DNA of 46,708 bases. Source: Gemmatimonadota bacterium (lineage in GTDB: Bacteria > Gemmatimonadota > Gemmatimonadetes > Longimicrobiales > Gaopeijiaceae). A model generated the notes under the pieces. That model did not search any database, was not told the origin of the DNA, and saw only the letters and a program-made list of their open reading frames with translations. Shown one piece after another: positions 7,379 to 18,451 of the stretch. The position numbers were made by a program, and so were the translations under genes. Location of the stretch: NCBI GenBank assembly GCA_040880225.1, contig JBBDIV010000013.1:1-46708 (forward strand), given 5' to 3'. Each line of letters begins with the position of its first letter. Within the stretch, counting starts at the first letter, position 1.

Positions 7379-9685
7379 ATGGCCCTCTCCTACGCGTCCG
7401 GAGTCGGCCTTGCCCTCTCCACCAGCCCGGTTCCGACGGGACTCCCCCTCCTTCTCCTCCCCGCTTGTCTCGTTCTCCTATTGCATCGCCCATGGCCCCT
7501 GGGAGCACTCGCGACCCTGGCCACGGCGGGCCTGATCGCCGGAGTCGCCACCCAACGGGCCGTCTCGACGGATTGCCGGCTCCACCTCCCGAGGCGATGG
7601 GAGGCCGCGATCGAAGGTCGTTTCCTGACCCGAACGGCTCCGGGGACGAGCCTTCCCTTCCAGATCGAGAGCGGTGCGCCGAACGGCTGTCGGGCCGTGG
7701 TCCGGGCCCTCGTCTACGAGCAGGAGGAGCTTCCGCCGGCAGGGACGCGCATCCGGATCCAGGCGGGATGGGAAGGGCGGGAATTCCCGCGCTCACAGTG
7801 GGCCGAGTGGTCGGGTATCCTCCGCGTACGGGACGGCTGGAGTCCTGCTCCCACTCCCGGCCTGAGGGCATTTGCACTCTCCCTGCGGGGCCGCGTTCAG
7901 GACCGGATCTTCGCCCTATGGGGGGAGGAGGAGGGTCCCGTCGTGGAGGCCCTGGTTCTGGCCCGGCGCGAGCACCTCAACCCGGACCTCCGGGAGGCGT
8001 TCGCACTCTCGGGGACGGCACATCTCCTGGCCATATCCGGGTTTCACGTCGGGGTCGTAGCCGGATTGCTTCTGGGGTTGTTTCGGATCGTTGGCGCTCG
8101 CCGTCGACCGTCCGAGGTCGGAGCCGTGCTCGGGTGCTGGGCCTATGTGGTCGGAATCGGGGGCCCGGACGCCGCCGTGAGAGCCGCCTTGATCCTCTCT
8201 CTGCTGGCCGCTGCACGCCTGAGGGGACGGCCCGTCGTGACCTCGGGCGCCCTCGGGACCGCGCTTCTGCTACTGTTGGCCGTCGACCCTCGGTGGATGG
8301 GGTCGATCGGTTTCCAACTCTCCTTCGCGGGCACGGGGGGGCTCGTCCTCCTTCGCGAGCCGGTGGCTCGGGGTCTCGAAAGGATCTGGCTCCGGTGGAT
8401 CGGGACGACCCTTCCCGCGGCTCGCGCCCGAAGTCCCGGGCTGCGGCTCGTCCGGGGAGGAGCCGATGGGATCGTTGCCGGAATCGCAGCCACACTTCCG
8501 ACCCTTCCTTTGGTTGCCTGGCACTTCGATCGGATTTCCCTGCTCGGGATCCTCGCCACCGTCGTGATCGCTCCCGTGGTCGCCACCGCCATACCTGGGA
8601 TCGGAGCCAGCCTCCTGCTCTCCCTCCTTCCTGGCGGAGCAGGGGAGTTCCTGGCCGGAGGCACCGGACTCCTCCTTCAGGGGGTCGCACGGTTCGTGCT
8701 CTGGGTGTCCTCGCTCCCGGGGGCCTCCTTCTGGGTGGCCCGGGACGATCTGATCGCCGCCCTGGGGGCCGGAGCGATCGTGCACTTCTTCCTCAGATGG
8801 ATCGGGTCGGCGGGCCGCATCGGTCCGACCGTAAGGCATGTTGCGGCGACGACAGCCGGCGTCGCGATCGTGCTCCTGCTTCCCGTTCTTCCCCTCCGAG
8901 GGGCGCTGGAGTTGCACATGATCGATGTGGGACAGGGGGATGCCGTTGCGTTGAGGTTCCCCTCCGGCCGGTGGGCGCTGGTGGATACGGGCCCCCGAAG
9001 CTCCAGCTTCGACGCGGGGGTCCGTCGCGTTCTTCCTTATCTTCGCAGGCAGGGAGCCCGCGACCTCGAGGCGATCGTACTCACCCATCCCCACCTGGAT
9101 CACATCGGAGGTGCGCCCGCCCTTCTATCCGAGATGGATGTCCGGGGCGTTCTGGATCCGTCGTGGGCCGTCGGTTCGAGCGACTATCTCGCGGTGCTGC
9201 AAGCGGCTCGCTCAAGTGGTGCTTCGTGGTGGCCGGCGCTGGATGGCCAGAGTTTCGAGGTGGACGGGGTGCGCGTACGTGTGCTCCATCCCGATCCCGG
9301 GACCCTGGATCGGGACCGTCTCTCGGACGAGAACGACCTCTCCGTGGTGCTTCTCCTCGAATGGGGCGAGGCGGCCGTCCTTCTGACGGGTGACGCTCCG
9401 GCGGGGGTGGAGCGGCGGATTCTCGACGAAGTGCCTCATCTCACGGTCCTGAAGGTCGGTCACCACGGGAGCCGGACATCCACGTCCGACGAGCTCCTGG
9501 AGCGCGCACGACCCTCCGTGGCCCTGATTCCGGTCGGAGACGGCAACCAGTTCGAGCATCCACACTCCGAGGTGGTGCGGCGGCTGCAGGATGCGGGCAC
9601 CGATATGTACCGTACCGATCGAGATGGCGACATCCAGCTCACGATCCGATCGAACGGCACGGTGGAGTCTGCCGGGCCACCCTGA
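7379..9685 (+). CDS. comEC: DNA internalisation-related competence protein ComEC/Rec2 with C-terminal metallo-beta-lactamase domain
   Basis: 768 aa. The core is polytopic with the Competence-domain motif (LSGTAHLLAISGFHVG). The C-terminus has a beta-lactamase fold (HMIDVGQGDA ... THPHLDHIGG ... KVGHHGSRTS). Confidence 0.9.
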   Translation: MALSYASGVGLALSTSPVPTGLPLLLLPACLVLLLHRPWPLGALATLATAGLIAGVATQRAVSTDCRLHLPRRWEAAIEGRFLTRTAPGTSLPFQIESGAPNGCRAVVRALVYEQEELPPAGTRIRIQAGWEGREFPRSQWAEWSGILRVRDGWSPAPTPGLRAFALSLRGRVQDRIFALWGEEEGPVVEALVLARREHLNPDLREAFALSGTAHLLAISGFHVGVVAGLLLGLFRIVGARRRPSEVGAVLGCWAYVVGIGGPDAAVRAALILSLLAAARLRGRPVVTSGALGTALLLLLAVDPRWMGSIGFQLSFAGTGGLVLLREPVARGLERIWLRWIGTTLPAARARSPGLRLVRGGADGIVAGIAATLPTLPLVAWHFDRISLLGILATVVIAPVVATAIPGIGASLLLSLLPGGAGEFLAGGTGLLLQGVARFVLWVSSLPGASFWVARDDLIAALGAGAIVHFFLRWIGSAGRIGPTVRHVAATTAGVAIVLLLPVLPLRGALELHMIDVGQGDAVALRFPSGRWALVDTGPRSSSFDAGVRRVLPYLRRQGARDLEAIVLTHPHLDHIGGAPALLSEMDVRGVLDPSWAVGSSDYLAVLQAARSSGASWWPALDGQSFEVDGVRVRVLHPDPGTLDRDRLSDENDLSVVLLLEWGEAAVLLTGDAPAGVERRILDEVPHLTVLKVGHHGSRTSTSDELLERARPSVALIPVGDGNQFEHPHSEVVRRLQDAGTDMYRTDRDGDIQLTIRSNGTVESAGPP

Positions 9686-9705
9686 CGCCCGTGCAGTATC
9701 GGCCC

Positions 9706-9735
9706 TTCCAATTTCGTGGTCGCCGGCCGTAGAAT
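9706..9735 (+). promoter_or_regulatory. candidate sigma70-type promoter of fbp (TTCCAA-N18-TAGAAT)
   Basis: Hexamers read at 9706-9711 and 9730-9735 in the comEC/fbp gap, 37 nt upstream of the fbp ATG. This is a pattern match only. Confidence 0.3.
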
Positions 9736-9771
9736 GTCCTCTACTACGACTGCAACCCCAAGCCGATCCGC

Positions 9772-10848
9772 ATGCAAGAGAATCGCGCCGACACGCACAT
9801 CGTTACGATCGAACGCCACATCATCGAGGAGGAGCGGCGGCGTCCGGAAGCTCGGGGGGCGTTCAGCGACCTGCTCACCGACATCGCGCTCGCCGCCAAG
9901 GTCATTTCCCGCCAGGTCAACATGGCGGGCCTGATCGACATCCTCGGAGGCGCGGGACACCAGAACGTGCAGGGTGAATCGGTGCAGAAGCTCGACGTGT
10001 TCGCCCAGGACGTGATCTATCGGGCCATGGACCATACTGGTCACCTCTGCTGCATGGTGTCGGAGGAGTGCGAGGACTTCATTCCGATCCCGGAGAAGTT
10101 TCCGGCCGGAGACTACGTGCTCGTGTTCGATCCGCTGGATGGATCGTCCAACATCGACGTGAACGTCTCGATCGGGACCATCTTCGCGATCCACCGGAAA
10201 GTCACGGCGGCGGAGCGAGGGAGCCTGGACGACTGCCTCCAGCCCGGACGAAATCAGCTCGCGGCGGGATATGTGGTCTACGGCTCTTCCACGATGATGG
10301 TCTATACGGCCGGAAGCGGGGTCCACGGGTTCACCCTCGATCCCTCCATCGGCGAGTTCATCCTCAGCCACCCGGACATCCGCATCCCGCGACCTTCGCT
10401 GCGATCCTACTCCGTCAATGAGGCGTATGCCCCGAGGTGGGACGCTTCCATGCAGGCATTCGTCCGGCATCTCAAGGGCGAGCACGCGGAAGGTGGACGC
10501 TGGCCCACCGCTCCCTCGGGGGCCTTCTCGTCACGGTACATAGGCTCACTGGTGGCGGACTTCCACCGTACCCTCCTTCGTGGCGGCATCTTCATGTACC
10601 CGTCCGACCGCGAGAGTCCGGAGGGGAAGCTCCGACTTCTCTATGAGGCGTCTCCGCTCGCAATGATCGCGGAGGCGGCGGGCGGCGGAGCGTCGGACGG
10701 CCGGCAGGCGATTCTGGACATCCAGCCCCAGGACCTCCACCAGCGCATCCCCCTGTTCGTGGGAGCCGCGGAGTTGGTTTCGCTTGCAGAGGAGTTCCTG
10801 GCGTCCGGCGATGCGCCGGAGATCTCCGGCGAGGGCTCAGAAATCTGA
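9772..10848 (+). CDS. fbp: fructose-1,6-bisphosphatase class 1
   Basis: 358 aa with FBPase-I motifs ([43 protein letters not shown]). Confidence 0.93.
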   Translation: MQENRADTHIVTIERHIIEEERRRPEARGAFSDLLTDIALAAKVISRQVNMAGLIDILGGAGHQNVQGESVQKLDVFAQDVIYRAMDHTGHLCCMVSEECEDFIPIPEKFPAGDYVLVFDPLDGSSNIDVNVSIGTIFAIHRKVTAAERGSLDDCLQPGRNQLAAGYVVYGSSTMMVYTAGSGVHGFTLDPSIGEFILSHPDIRIPRPSLRSYSVNEAYAPRWDASMQAFVRHLKGEHAEGGRWPTAPSGAFSSRYIGSLVADFHRTLLRGGIFMYPSDRESPEGKLRLLYEASPLAMIAEAAGGGASDGRQAILDIQPQDLHQRIPLFVGAAELVSLAEEFLASGDAPEISGEGSEI

Positions 10849-10932
10849 GTTCGGTGCGGCCCCGGGGGGGCCGGCGCGTCCGGACTCTCGCCGGACCGCC
10901 GCGTTGTGGGGCTCTCCATCCTTCCTGTGGCG

Positions 10933-10948
10933 TGGCACTTTATTTGCA
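10933..10948 (+). promoter_or_regulatory. sigma54 (RpoN) -24/-12 promoter: TGGCAC-TTTAT-TTGCA
   Basis: Exact match to the TGGCAC-N5-TTGCW consensus, with GG and GC 12 nt apart. It lies in the fbp/lipoprotein intergenic region, 62-89 nt upstream of the candidate start codons at 11010 and 11037. By-eye scanning found no other such match on either strand. Confidence 0.6.
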
Positions 10949-11036
10949 CGACACAGGTAGAGGTCTGTTCTGTGAGGAACTCCCGGTCCACGGGAGAACC
11001 CCCGTCCACATGTCGCTCGATCGCAGGTGCCCCGGG

Positions 11037-13937
11037 ATGTACCGACTCCGGCTCTTCCTTTTTTTCCTTCTATTTCCGGCCCTGGTCGTCGGCTGTGAAG
11101 AAGGGACCGTGACCGCCCCGGAAGGGGAGGTGCGGGGGGTTGTGATGGTGGAAGGGGGTAGCGTATCCGGCGTAACCGTGGAGCTTACGGGACCGCAGAC
11201 CCGCACTGCGATCACGGATCCCGCGGGTCGCTACACCTTCGATGAAGTCCCCCCCGGCGCGTTCGTCGTCTCGGTGCGAAATGTCCCGGAAGATGCCTCC
11301 TTCCCCGCCACGTCCCGGACCGCGGTCGTCTCGGGGAGCCAGACCGTTACCGTGGACTTTCTGGGCAACTTCATTCGGACCGCGTCGATCTCCGGCTCGG
11401 TCACTGCCGGCTCCCAGGGGCTTGCCGGAATCACGGTCGGGCTCGAAGGGGTCGAGTCGAAGACGACCCTGACCGCCGAGGGAGGGGCCTTCCAGTTCAC
11501 GGGTCTCCGTGCAGGATCCTACGAGGTGGAGCTCTCGGGGCTCCCGGAGTCCGTCTCCTTTCCCGGGACTCGGCAGACCGTCGACCTGTCGACCGGCGAG
11601 AGTCGGCTCGTGACCTTCGAAGGGTCGGCCGAGCTCACGGCCTCGGTCGTGATCCGATCCATCGTCCGGCGGACCGCCACGGGGGGAACCGAACCGGTGG
11701 ATCTCCAGAACCTCCGTGGAAGGATCGATGTCACCCTCACGGTGGACCGCGGAGAAGACACCCTGAGCTCCGTTCAGCTCCTGATGGGTGAAGAGATCGT
11801 GGGGGAGCAGCTCTTCGACGGGGATCTCCCGACTCCGGGGCAGATCGGGGATGAGGCGGGAGGGGTGGCGGATTCGACCGCGCCCTTCGACATCGTTCTG
11901 AGCGTGAACACCGCACAGTTCGACGAAGCCACGGGCGACGTAGCCTTCCCGAACGGACCTCGCCTTCTGACCGCCCGCCTCGCGACCGAGGAAGGGGGGC
12001 CGTCGGCCTGGCTTGCGTCGGTTCCGGTCCAGCTCCGCAACTCGAATACCTTCACCGGAAGCGTGGTTTCGGGTGAGGGCCCGCTTCCAGGCGACGACGG
12101 GGAGGAGTGGATGGGCGGGCCCCTTACCGTCAGGGTTCTTCCGGTGCTGTATGACCCCTCCCGCAAGGTGACGTCGGTGACGGTGGGATTGCGCCGGACT
12201 GGGGGCAGCCAGCTCAAGGTCCGCAGCGGGGCGGGACCGGCTCCGATCGATGTCGTGTTCGAGGAAGTGGGACCTGCCGCCGTGGACAACGTGGCCGACT
12301 ACCAGACTCCTGTGGGGATGACGGACCGATTCCGTGTCATTACCGCGAGATACGAGGATGGGGCGAGCGTTCCGGGGGTCCCGGCTACGATCGGACCAGA
12401 GGTGCGGATCGACAACCTGGGTCCGGAGGCTGCGACCTTCCGACTTCCCGTCCAGTCGGGCGAGAGCGACTGCTGTCTCCAGAACTGGGTGGGAGCGGAG
12501 TTCGAGTTCGCGCAGGCTGTGGAGCTTGCGGGCGACACGGGCGTCGGGGGCGTGACCGGGCGGGTGCACGCGGGAGATGCCGCACTCTCCGACGACGAGA
12601 TCGCCAACGGACCCGAGGTGTTGGTCGGGGGCGATCTTTCCGCCACCCAGGGCAACTCCGCCTACCGGGCCGTCGTGTTGGCTCTCGACGCTCTCGGAAA
12701 TCGAACGCTGTCGGCACTCGCGCCGACGCCCGGGAACGCTCTCTCGAACCCGCGCGGCGCCGTGTTCGGGGTCGATCTGGCTCTCCCTGAGCTCGGATTC
12801 AGCCCGGCCAGCGTGCCGGAACACTCCGTCAATCCGGTCCCGGGATCGGCCTGGGTGATCGCCGTCACCGATCCCGTATCCGGAACCGGCCCACTGCCGT
12901 CACGGGCCACGGTCCGACTGGATGCGCCGGGAGCGAGCGGAGGCGATGCGACGGACGAATGCATCTTCCCCGGCGGAGGGACGTCGGGCTGTATCGCTGG
13001 TGAGGACGGTCTGGCCCGGCCCGTGCCAACGGGGGTCGAAGGATACCTGACGTACGAGAGCATTGCGCTCGATCGGGCGGGGAACCGGTCCAACCCGCAG
13101 TCCCGAACGATCCTTCTGGACACCTCGTCCCCCACGATTCCTTCGATCACGCAGCTCCCGGGATCGTTCGTCGCGGGCGCCCCGGCGACCTTCGCGGCGC
13201 TGGTGTCCGACAACGTGGACCTGGACCGTGGGTGGGTGAGCCTTGAGTTCGGCGCCGCCGGAGCTCCCTGGATCGTTGCCCCGGGGGAACCCGCGGTCCT
13301 CGGTCTCCCGTTCGACGGTGATCTCGTGCCCACCGCGACATTGACTCACAGCGTACCTCTCCTGATCGGGCTCGAGGATGTCGTCGAGGGCGCAGAGGCG
13401 GATCCGCCCTCCGGAACCCCCAACGGGCTGTCGGGGGCTAGGATCGTGGCCGTGGATGCGGCGGGAAACCTCGGAACGCGCAGCACCCCGCTCGCGGACC
13501 TGAATGGGTTCTCTCCCCGAAGTTTCTCGGTGAGCGAGCGTGGCTTGGACGAAGGGGTAGCCGACTGGTCCCTGCGAGTGGACGTGCCCCGGGTCTGCCG
13601 ATCCGGCGAGGCTTCGACCTGTGACGAAACGATACCAGAGCTTGCCACGCTCACGGCGGAAGCCGCCGGGAACGAAGGGACGTTCGAGCGGCCCTTCTCC
13701 AAAGTCCACTTCCTCCTCGTCCACGACGGCGGCGAGCCGGAGTGGATCGGCGTTAGCGAGACGGTCGAGCTGGAGGAGGGAACGGGACCGACCGGGCGAC
13801 GCTGGAGTTGGACGATGGACTGGAGCCCGAACTCGAACGTGGCTCCTGGGCTGGCCCACCTGGTAGCGGTAGGAGTGGATCAGGACGGCAATGCTCTGCG
13901 GACCCGGGTCCTCGATACCCTGGAGATCGACGGGTAG
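11037..13937 (+). CDS. large surface lipoprotein, function unknown; two carboxypeptidase-regulatory-like repeats plus Ig-like DxAGN repeats
   Basis: The signal peptide and lipobox are MYRLRLFLFFLLFPALVVG|C (an alternative ATG lies at 11010). There are two tandem CarboxypepD_reg-like modules (GVTVELTGPQTRTAITDPAGRYTFDEVPPGAFVVSV and GITVGLEGVESKTTLTAEGGAFQFTGLRAGSYEVEL). Recurring ALDALGNRT, ALDRAGNRS and AVDAAGNLG motifs are typical of bacterial Ig-like surface domains. Confidence 0.8.
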   Translation: MYRLRLFLFFLLFPALVVGCEEGTVTAPEGEVRGVVMVEGGSVSGVTVELTGPQTRTAITDPAGRYTFDEVPPGAFVVSVRNVPEDASFPATSRTAVVSGSQTVTVDFLGNFIRTASISGSVTAGSQGLAGITVGLEGVESKTTLTAEGGAFQFTGLRAGSYEVELSGLPESVSFPGTRQTVDLSTGESRLVTFEGSAELTASVVIRSIVRRTATGGTEPVDLQNLRGRIDVTLTVDRGEDTLSSVQLLMGEEIVGEQLFDGDLPTPGQIGDEAGGVADSTAPFDIVLSVNTAQFDEATGDVAFPNGPRLLTARLATEEGGPSAWLASVPVQLRNSNTFTGSVVSGEGPLPGDDGEEWMGGPLTVRVLPVLYDPSRKVTSVTVGLRRTGGSQLKVRSGAGPAPIDVVFEEVGPAAVDNVADYQTPVGMTDRFRVITARYEDGASVPGVPATIGPEVRIDNLGPEAATFRLPVQSGESDCCLQNWVGAEFEFAQAVELAGDTGVGGVTGRVHAGDAALSDDEIANGPEVLVGGDLSATQGNSAYRAVVLALDALGNRTLSALAPTPGNALSNPRGAVFGVDLALPELGFSPASVPEHSVNPVPGSAWVIAVTDPVSGTGPLPSRATVRLDAPGASGGDATDECIFPGGGTSGCIAGEDGLARPVPTGVEGYLTYESIALDRAGNRSNPQSRTILLDTSSPTIPSITQLPGSFVAGAPATFAALVSDNVDLDRGWVSLEFGAAGAPWIVAPGEPAVLGLPFDGDLVPTATLTHSVPLLIGLEDVVEGAEADPPSGTPNGLSGARIVAVDAAGNLGTRSTPLADLNGFSPRSFSVSERGLDEGVADWSLRVDVPRVCRSGEASTCDETIPELATLTAEAAGNEGTFERPFSKVHFLLVHDGGEPEWIGVSETVELEEGTGPTGRRWSWTMDWSPNSNVAPGLAHLVAVGVDQDGNALRTRVLDTLEIDG

Positions 13938-13998
13938 ACGAAACGAGGGGGCAAAACGGGTACGGCGCTCAGTTCGTCTCGGCTCGACTCAGCTCGAC

Positions 13999-15465
13999 TC
14001 AGCAGCCAGGGGGGTTCTGGATCGACACCAGACCGCGTTCGACATCGACGAGCGGGGCCGTGTAGTTCCCGGAGAAGCAGGCATCACAGAAAGGCCCGTG
14101 CCCTTGCACCGCCTCGAGCATGCCGGCCAGCGACAGGTATCCAAGCGAGTCGACCCCTAGGATCTCCGCGGTCTCCTCCACCGAGTTGGTGGCACCGATC
14201 AACTCGGTCCGCGAAGGCATGTCGATCCCGTAGAAGCAGGGAAATCGCACGGGTGGGCTGCCGATCCGGAAGTGGACCTCCTGGGCTCCGGCCTCGATCA
14301 GGAACTTGACCAGCGAGCTGGAAGTCGTCCCTCGCACGAGCGAATCATCGACGACGATGACCTTGTTCCCGGCAATGACCTCCTTCACCGGGTTGTACTT
14401 GATGCGGGCTCCGAAGTCCCGGTCCGCCTGTGCGGGTCGGATGAACGTCCGTCCCACGTAGTGATTACGAAGCAGGCCCAACTCGAACGGGATCCCGCTC
14501 TCTTCCGCGTAACCGAGGGCGGCAGAGTTCGCCGAGTCCGGCACGGAGATGACGCAGTCCCCCTCGACCGGATGCTCCTTCGCCAGCTGGCGCCCGAAGG
14601 CGCGGCGAGCGCGGTCCACCGGTACGCCCCAGATGCTGGAGTCCGGTCGCGCGAAGTAGACCAGCTCGAAGACACATGGTGCGACCCGGGGTGCCGGTGG
14701 CAGCGTCCGGAGCCGCTCGACGCTCCCGCCATGGATTTTGAGGACCTCGCCCGGCTCGATGTCCCGCACGAACTCGGCGCCGATGATATCCAGGGCGCAC
14801 GTTTCGGACACGACTATGTGCCCCTCTCCCTTTCGCCCCAGCACGAGGGGGCGGAAGCCGCGTGGATCCACGCTCGCGTAGAGGACCTTGCCGATCGAGA
14901 TGACCAGTGAGAACGCGCCCTCGAGGTGGGTGAGCGCGTCGTCCACCTGAGCTTCCACGGTTTCGTGGCGCGATCTGGCGATGAGGTGGACAATGACCTC
15001 GGAGTCCGAGGTCGTCTGGAAGAGCGCGCCTTCTTCCACCAGCCGATCCCGCAACTCCTGTGCGTTCGTGAGGTTCCCGTTGTGCGCGATCGAAAGATCC
15101 CCCTTGGAGTAGCGGACGACGATCGGCTGTGCGTTCTGGGAGCGGCTACCACCCGCGGTGGAATAGCGCACGTGCCCCACGCTCGTGTCACCGTCGATCG
15201 CCGTGAGGTCTTCGGCCGAGAAGACGTCCGCGACGAGGCCCTGTCCCTTCCGAACCCGTGCGGTGCCTTCGTCGTCGATTCCGCAGATGCCTGCGGACTC
15301 CTGGCCCCGATGCTGCAACGCGTACAGAGCCAGAAAGGTGAGCTCCGCCGCCCCCTCGACGCCTGTGATCCCCACGACCCCACACTCTTCGCGTGGCAGT
15401 TCGTCGAGTTCGGTGGTGAGAATGTCTACGGGTCGGTCCTGCGGAGTGCCGCGGGACGCGGTCAT
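13999..15465 (-). CDS. purF: amidophosphoribosyltransferase
   Basis: 488 aa with a propeptide followed by the catalytic Cys (EECGVVGI), a Gn-AT type II domain, and a PRTase motif ([13 protein letters not shown]). Confidence 0.95.
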   Translation of the reverse strand: MTASRGTPQDRPVDILTTELDELPREECGVVGITGVEGAAELTFLALYALQHRGQESAGICGIDDEGTARVRKGQGLVADVFSAEDLTAIDGDTSVGHVRYSTAGGSRSQNAQPIVVRYSKGDLSIAHNGNLTNAQELRDRLVEEGALFQTTSDSEVIVHLIARSRHETVEAQVDDALTHLEGAFSLVISIGKVLYASVDPRGFRPLVLGRKGEGHIVVSETCALDIIGAEFVRDIEPGEVLKIHGGSVERLRTLPPAPRVAPCVFELVYFARPDSSIWGVPVDRARRAFGRQLAKEHPVEGDCVISVPDSANSAALGYAEESGIPFELGLLRNHYVGRTFIRPAQADRDFGARIKYNPVKEVIAGNKVIVVDDSLVRGTTSSSLVKFLIEAGAQEVHFRIGSPPVRFPCFYGIDMPSRTELIGATNSVEETAEILGVDSLGYLSLAGMLEAVQGHGPFCDACFSGNYTAPLVDVERGLVSIQNPPGC

Positions 15466-17753
15466 GGTTGATCTGCCTCCATGAGGGCGGGAAGGGCCTC
15501 TCGATAGCGCCGGGCGATCTCGGAGGACTGGACCCGGATGAAGCCAAGGGGGGCCGAGACGGAAAAGGTACCCCGGTGCGGGCCCACGGTGCCGATTCTC
15601 GTGCCGGGTACATTGTGCTCCGCAGCCAACGCGAGAACCTCGCCCGCGCGATCCGGATCACACGAGACCACGACCCGTCCCTGGGACTCGCCGAAGAACA
15701 GTGCCACCGGGGAGAAGGGAGCGTTCACCTCGACCTCGAGACCCCACGGCTCGGGGCCGTCCGAGCCTCCGCCGCCGACCGCGGATTCGGCGAGCGCAAA
15801 AACCAGGCCCCCCTCGGAGCAGTCATGCGCGGAGTGGAGCAACCTGTCCCGGATGAGGGCGAGCACGGCGCGCTGGAGCTGACGTTCCGCGACCAGATCG
15901 ACCCTCGGAGGCCTCCCCGCGACCACCCCCTCGGTGCGGTACAGGAATTCGGATCCCCCGATCTCCTCGCGGGTCTCGCCGAGCAGGATGATCGAGTCAC
16001 CCTCGGATCTGAATCCGTGCCCGATCGCTCTCGAGACGTCCTCCAGCACCCCCACCATCCCGATCACGGGCGTCGGGTACACGGGGCGACCTCCGGTTTC
16101 GTTGTAGAGAGATACATTCCCCCCGGTGACCGGTGTCTCGAAGAAGCTACAGGCTTCCGCCATCCCCTGTACCGCCTCCCGCATCTGGAAGTAGATGGCG
16201 GGCTTGAGAGGGCTCCCGAAATTCAGGTTGTTCGTCACGGCCGTCGGAACGGCTCCGACGCATACCAGGTTACGGGCGGCCTCCGCAACCGCAGCCTTGG
16301 CGCCCTCGCGGGGATCCAGGAAGCAATAGCGCCCGTTGCAGTCGGTCGTCGCCGCAACCCCCCTTTCCGTGTCGCGAAACCGGATGACCCCCGCATCGCC
16401 TCCCGGGCGCTGCACGGTGTTGGTGCGGACCGTCGTGTCGTACTGCTCGTAGATCCAGGCCTTGGAGGCCAGGTTGGGGGACGCCAGCAGTGTCATGAAG
16501 ACCTCGGAAAGGTCTCCCTCCTTGCCGAGCACTCTGGAGAGATCGCGTTCCCGCAACTCGATGACGGCAGGATCCTCCACCCCCTCCCGCTCGTATGTCG
16601 GGCAGCCCTCCGTGAGGGGAAGGGCCGGGATGTCGGCCACCACGACGCCGTCCTCCAGCACACGGAACCGGCCGTCGTCGGTGACCCGGCCGATCGACTC
16701 CGCTTCCAGCTCCCACTTCTCGAGAATCCTGCGCACTTCCTCCTCCTCGCCCTTCCGGGCCACGACCAGCATCCGTTCCTGGGATTCCGACAGGAGGATC
16801 TCGTAGGGCGTCATCCCCGTTTCGCGGACGGGGACTCGAGCGACATCGATCTCGACCCCGCTCCCCGAGCGACCCGCCATCTCCGAAGCGGACGAAGTGA
16901 GGCCGGCGGCCCCCATGTCCTGGATCCCGACGATGTGCCCGCTCCGGATCAGCTCGAGGGAGGCCTCGAGCAGGAGTTTCTCCGTGAAGGGGTCCCCCAC
17001 CTGCACCCGCGGCCGACTCGCTTCGTCGGAGTCCTCCGACAGCTCCTCCGAGGCGAAGGTAGCTCCGTGGATCCCGTCTCGTCCGGTACGCGCTCCCACC
17101 GCCATGAGGGTGTTGCCGACGCCCGATGCTTCGCCGCGGATGATCTCGTCCGTCTTCATCACGCCCAGACACATGGCGTTCACCAGGGGATTGCCCTCGT
17201 ACGCCCGATCGAAGAAGACCTCACCGCCGATATTGGGGATTCCCACGCAGTTCCCGTAGTCGCCGATCCCCCGGACCGCTCCCGAGAAGAGGTACCGGAC
17301 CCGGGGAGAATCGAGGTCTCCGAAGCGCAGGGAGTCCAGAACGGCTACCGGGCGGGCTCCCATGGTGAAGATGTCCCGGAGAATGCCCCCCACACCCGTG
17401 GCTGCGCCCTCGTATGGCTCGACGGCGGACGGATGGTTGTGCGATTCGATCTTGAAGGCGAGAGCCAACCCATCCCCGATGTCGATGACTCCCGCATTCT
17501 CCCCGGGGCCCTGGATCACCCACGGCGCCTCGGTCGGGAGAAGCATGAGCAGCCGCTTCGAGTTCTTGTACCCACAGTGTTCGGACCACATGGCCGAGAA
17601 CACGCCGAGCTCGGTGAAGGTCGGCGGACGGCCCAGGATTCCGAGAACCCGCTCGTACTCATCTTCGCTCAGCCCGTGTTCGGCTACCAACCCGGGAGAG
17701 ATCTCGGGGTCGCCGGCCCGGCTCGCCACCGTCGCTGCTTTCGCGTCACTCAT
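15462..17753 (-). CDS. purL: phosphoribosylformylglycinamidine synthase subunit PurL
   Basis: 763 aa with typical small-PurL motifs ([35 protein letters not shown]). It overlaps both purF and purQ by 4 nt. Confidence 0.95.
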   Translation of the reverse strand: MSDAKAATVASRAGDPEISPGLVAEHGLSEDEYERVLGILGRPPTFTELGVFSAMWSEHCGYKNSKRLLMLLPTEAPWVIQGPGENAGVIDIGDGLALAFKIESHNHPSAVEPYEGAATGVGGILRDIFTMGARPVAVLDSLRFGDLDSPRVRYLFSGAVRGIGDYGNCVGIPNIGGEVFFDRAYEGNPLVNAMCLGVMKTDEIIRGEASGVGNTLMAVGARTGRDGIHGATFASEELSEDSDEASRPRVQVGDPFTEKLLLEASLELIRSGHIVGIQDMGAAGLTSSASEMAGRSGSGVEIDVARVPVRETGMTPYEILLSESQERMLVVARKGEEEEVRRILEKWELEAESIGRVTDDGRFRVLEDGVVVADIPALPLTEGCPTYEREGVEDPAVIELRERDLSRVLGKEGDLSEVFMTLLASPNLASKAWIYEQYDTTVRTNTVQRPGGDAGVIRFRDTERGVAATTDCNGRYCFLDPREGAKAAVAEAARNLVCVGAVPTAVTNNLNFGSPLKPAIYFQMREAVQGMAEACSFFETPVTGGNVSLYNETGGRPVYPTPVIGMVGVLEDVSRAIGHGFRSEGDSIILLGETREEIGGSEFLYRTEGVVAGRPPRVDLVAERQLQRAVLALIRDRLLHSAHDCSEGGLVFALAESAVGGGGSDGPEPWGLEVEVNAPFSPVALFFGESQGRVVVSCDPDRAGEVLALAAEHNVPGTRIGTVGPHRGTFSVSAPLGFIRVQSSEIARRYREALPALMEADQP

Positions 17754-18451
17754 GCTGGAATTCCCCCCAGGTGGCCGGCGAGCGATTCGAATATTCCGCG
17801 TCCGTCGGTCGATCCGAGGAGGGGTTCCACGGAGCGCTCCGGGTGGGGCATCATCCCGAGGACGTTACGTTGGGCATTCACGATCCCCGCGATGTTGTGG
17901 CGCGATCCGTTCGGGTTCGATCCAGGCCCGAGCTCTCCGGATGGCGTGACGTAGCGGAAGACGATCCGGTCCTCGCCCTCCAGCTCGGCGAGCGTCTCCG
18001 CATTCGCGAAGTAGTTTCCTTCGCCGTGCGCGATCGGGATGCGGAGAATCCGACCCTTCTCGTAGGCGGAGGTGAACGGCGTTCGGACGGTCTCCACGCG
18101 GACATGCACCTCGTGACTCCGAAAGCGGAGACTCTCGTTCCGGAGCAGCGCCCCGGGAAGAAGACCGCTCTCGCAGAGGACCTGGAATCCGTTGCAGATC
18201 CCGACCACGATCCCGCCGGATCGACCGAACTCCAGCACGGCGTCCATGATCGGCGAGAATCGAGCAATCGCTCCGGCTCGTAGATAGTCTCCGTGCGCGA
18301 AGCCCCCGGGCAGGAAGACCGCATCCACGGGGCCCAACGCCACCTCTCGGTGCCAGACGAAATGCGGCTCGAACTCGGGAAGGAGCTGGAGAGCCTTGTA
18401 GCAGTCGTAGTCGCAGTTGGAACCGGGGAAGGTTATCACGGCGACCTTCAT
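17750..18451 (-). CDS. purQ: phosphoribosylformylglycinamidine synthase glutaminase subunit PurQ
   Basis: 233 aa with the start [14 protein letters not shown], the GATase active site GICNGFQ, and the MMPHPER motif. Confidence 0.95.
   Translation of the reverse strand: MKVAVITFPGSNCDYDCYKALQLLPEFEPHFVWHREVALGPVDAVFLPGGFAHGDYLRAGAIARFSPIMDAVLEFGRSGGIVVGICNGFQVLCESGLLPGALLRNESLRFRSHEVHVRVETVRTPFTSAYEKGRILRIPIAHGEGNYFANAETLAELEGEDRIVFRYVTPSGELGPGSNPNGSRHNIAGIVNAQRNVLGMMPHPERSVEPLLGSTDGRGIFESLAGHLGGIPA

Noticed and set aside
13937-14001. A bidirectional terminator and a 10-nt tandem repeat (GCTCGACTCA x2, 13982-14001) in the convergent gap before purF.
   Set aside because: The hairpin (13937-13978) has mismatches, a 20-nt loop and no T-tract. 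The 10-nt duplication is short, and its only apparent effect is to overlap the purF stop codon. This is too weak to call.
15468-17954. 828-aa ORF antisense to purL. Similar long shadow ORFs occur at 7375..9393, 3855..5540, 11070..12824, 31592..33613, 37328..38602, 18..1316, 1391..2524 and 7083..7877.
   Set aside because: These translations are Arg/Pro/Gly-rich and low in complexity, with no motifs. Each overlaps a gene with clear conserved signatures. Long stop-free alternative frames are expected in very GC-rich DNA.
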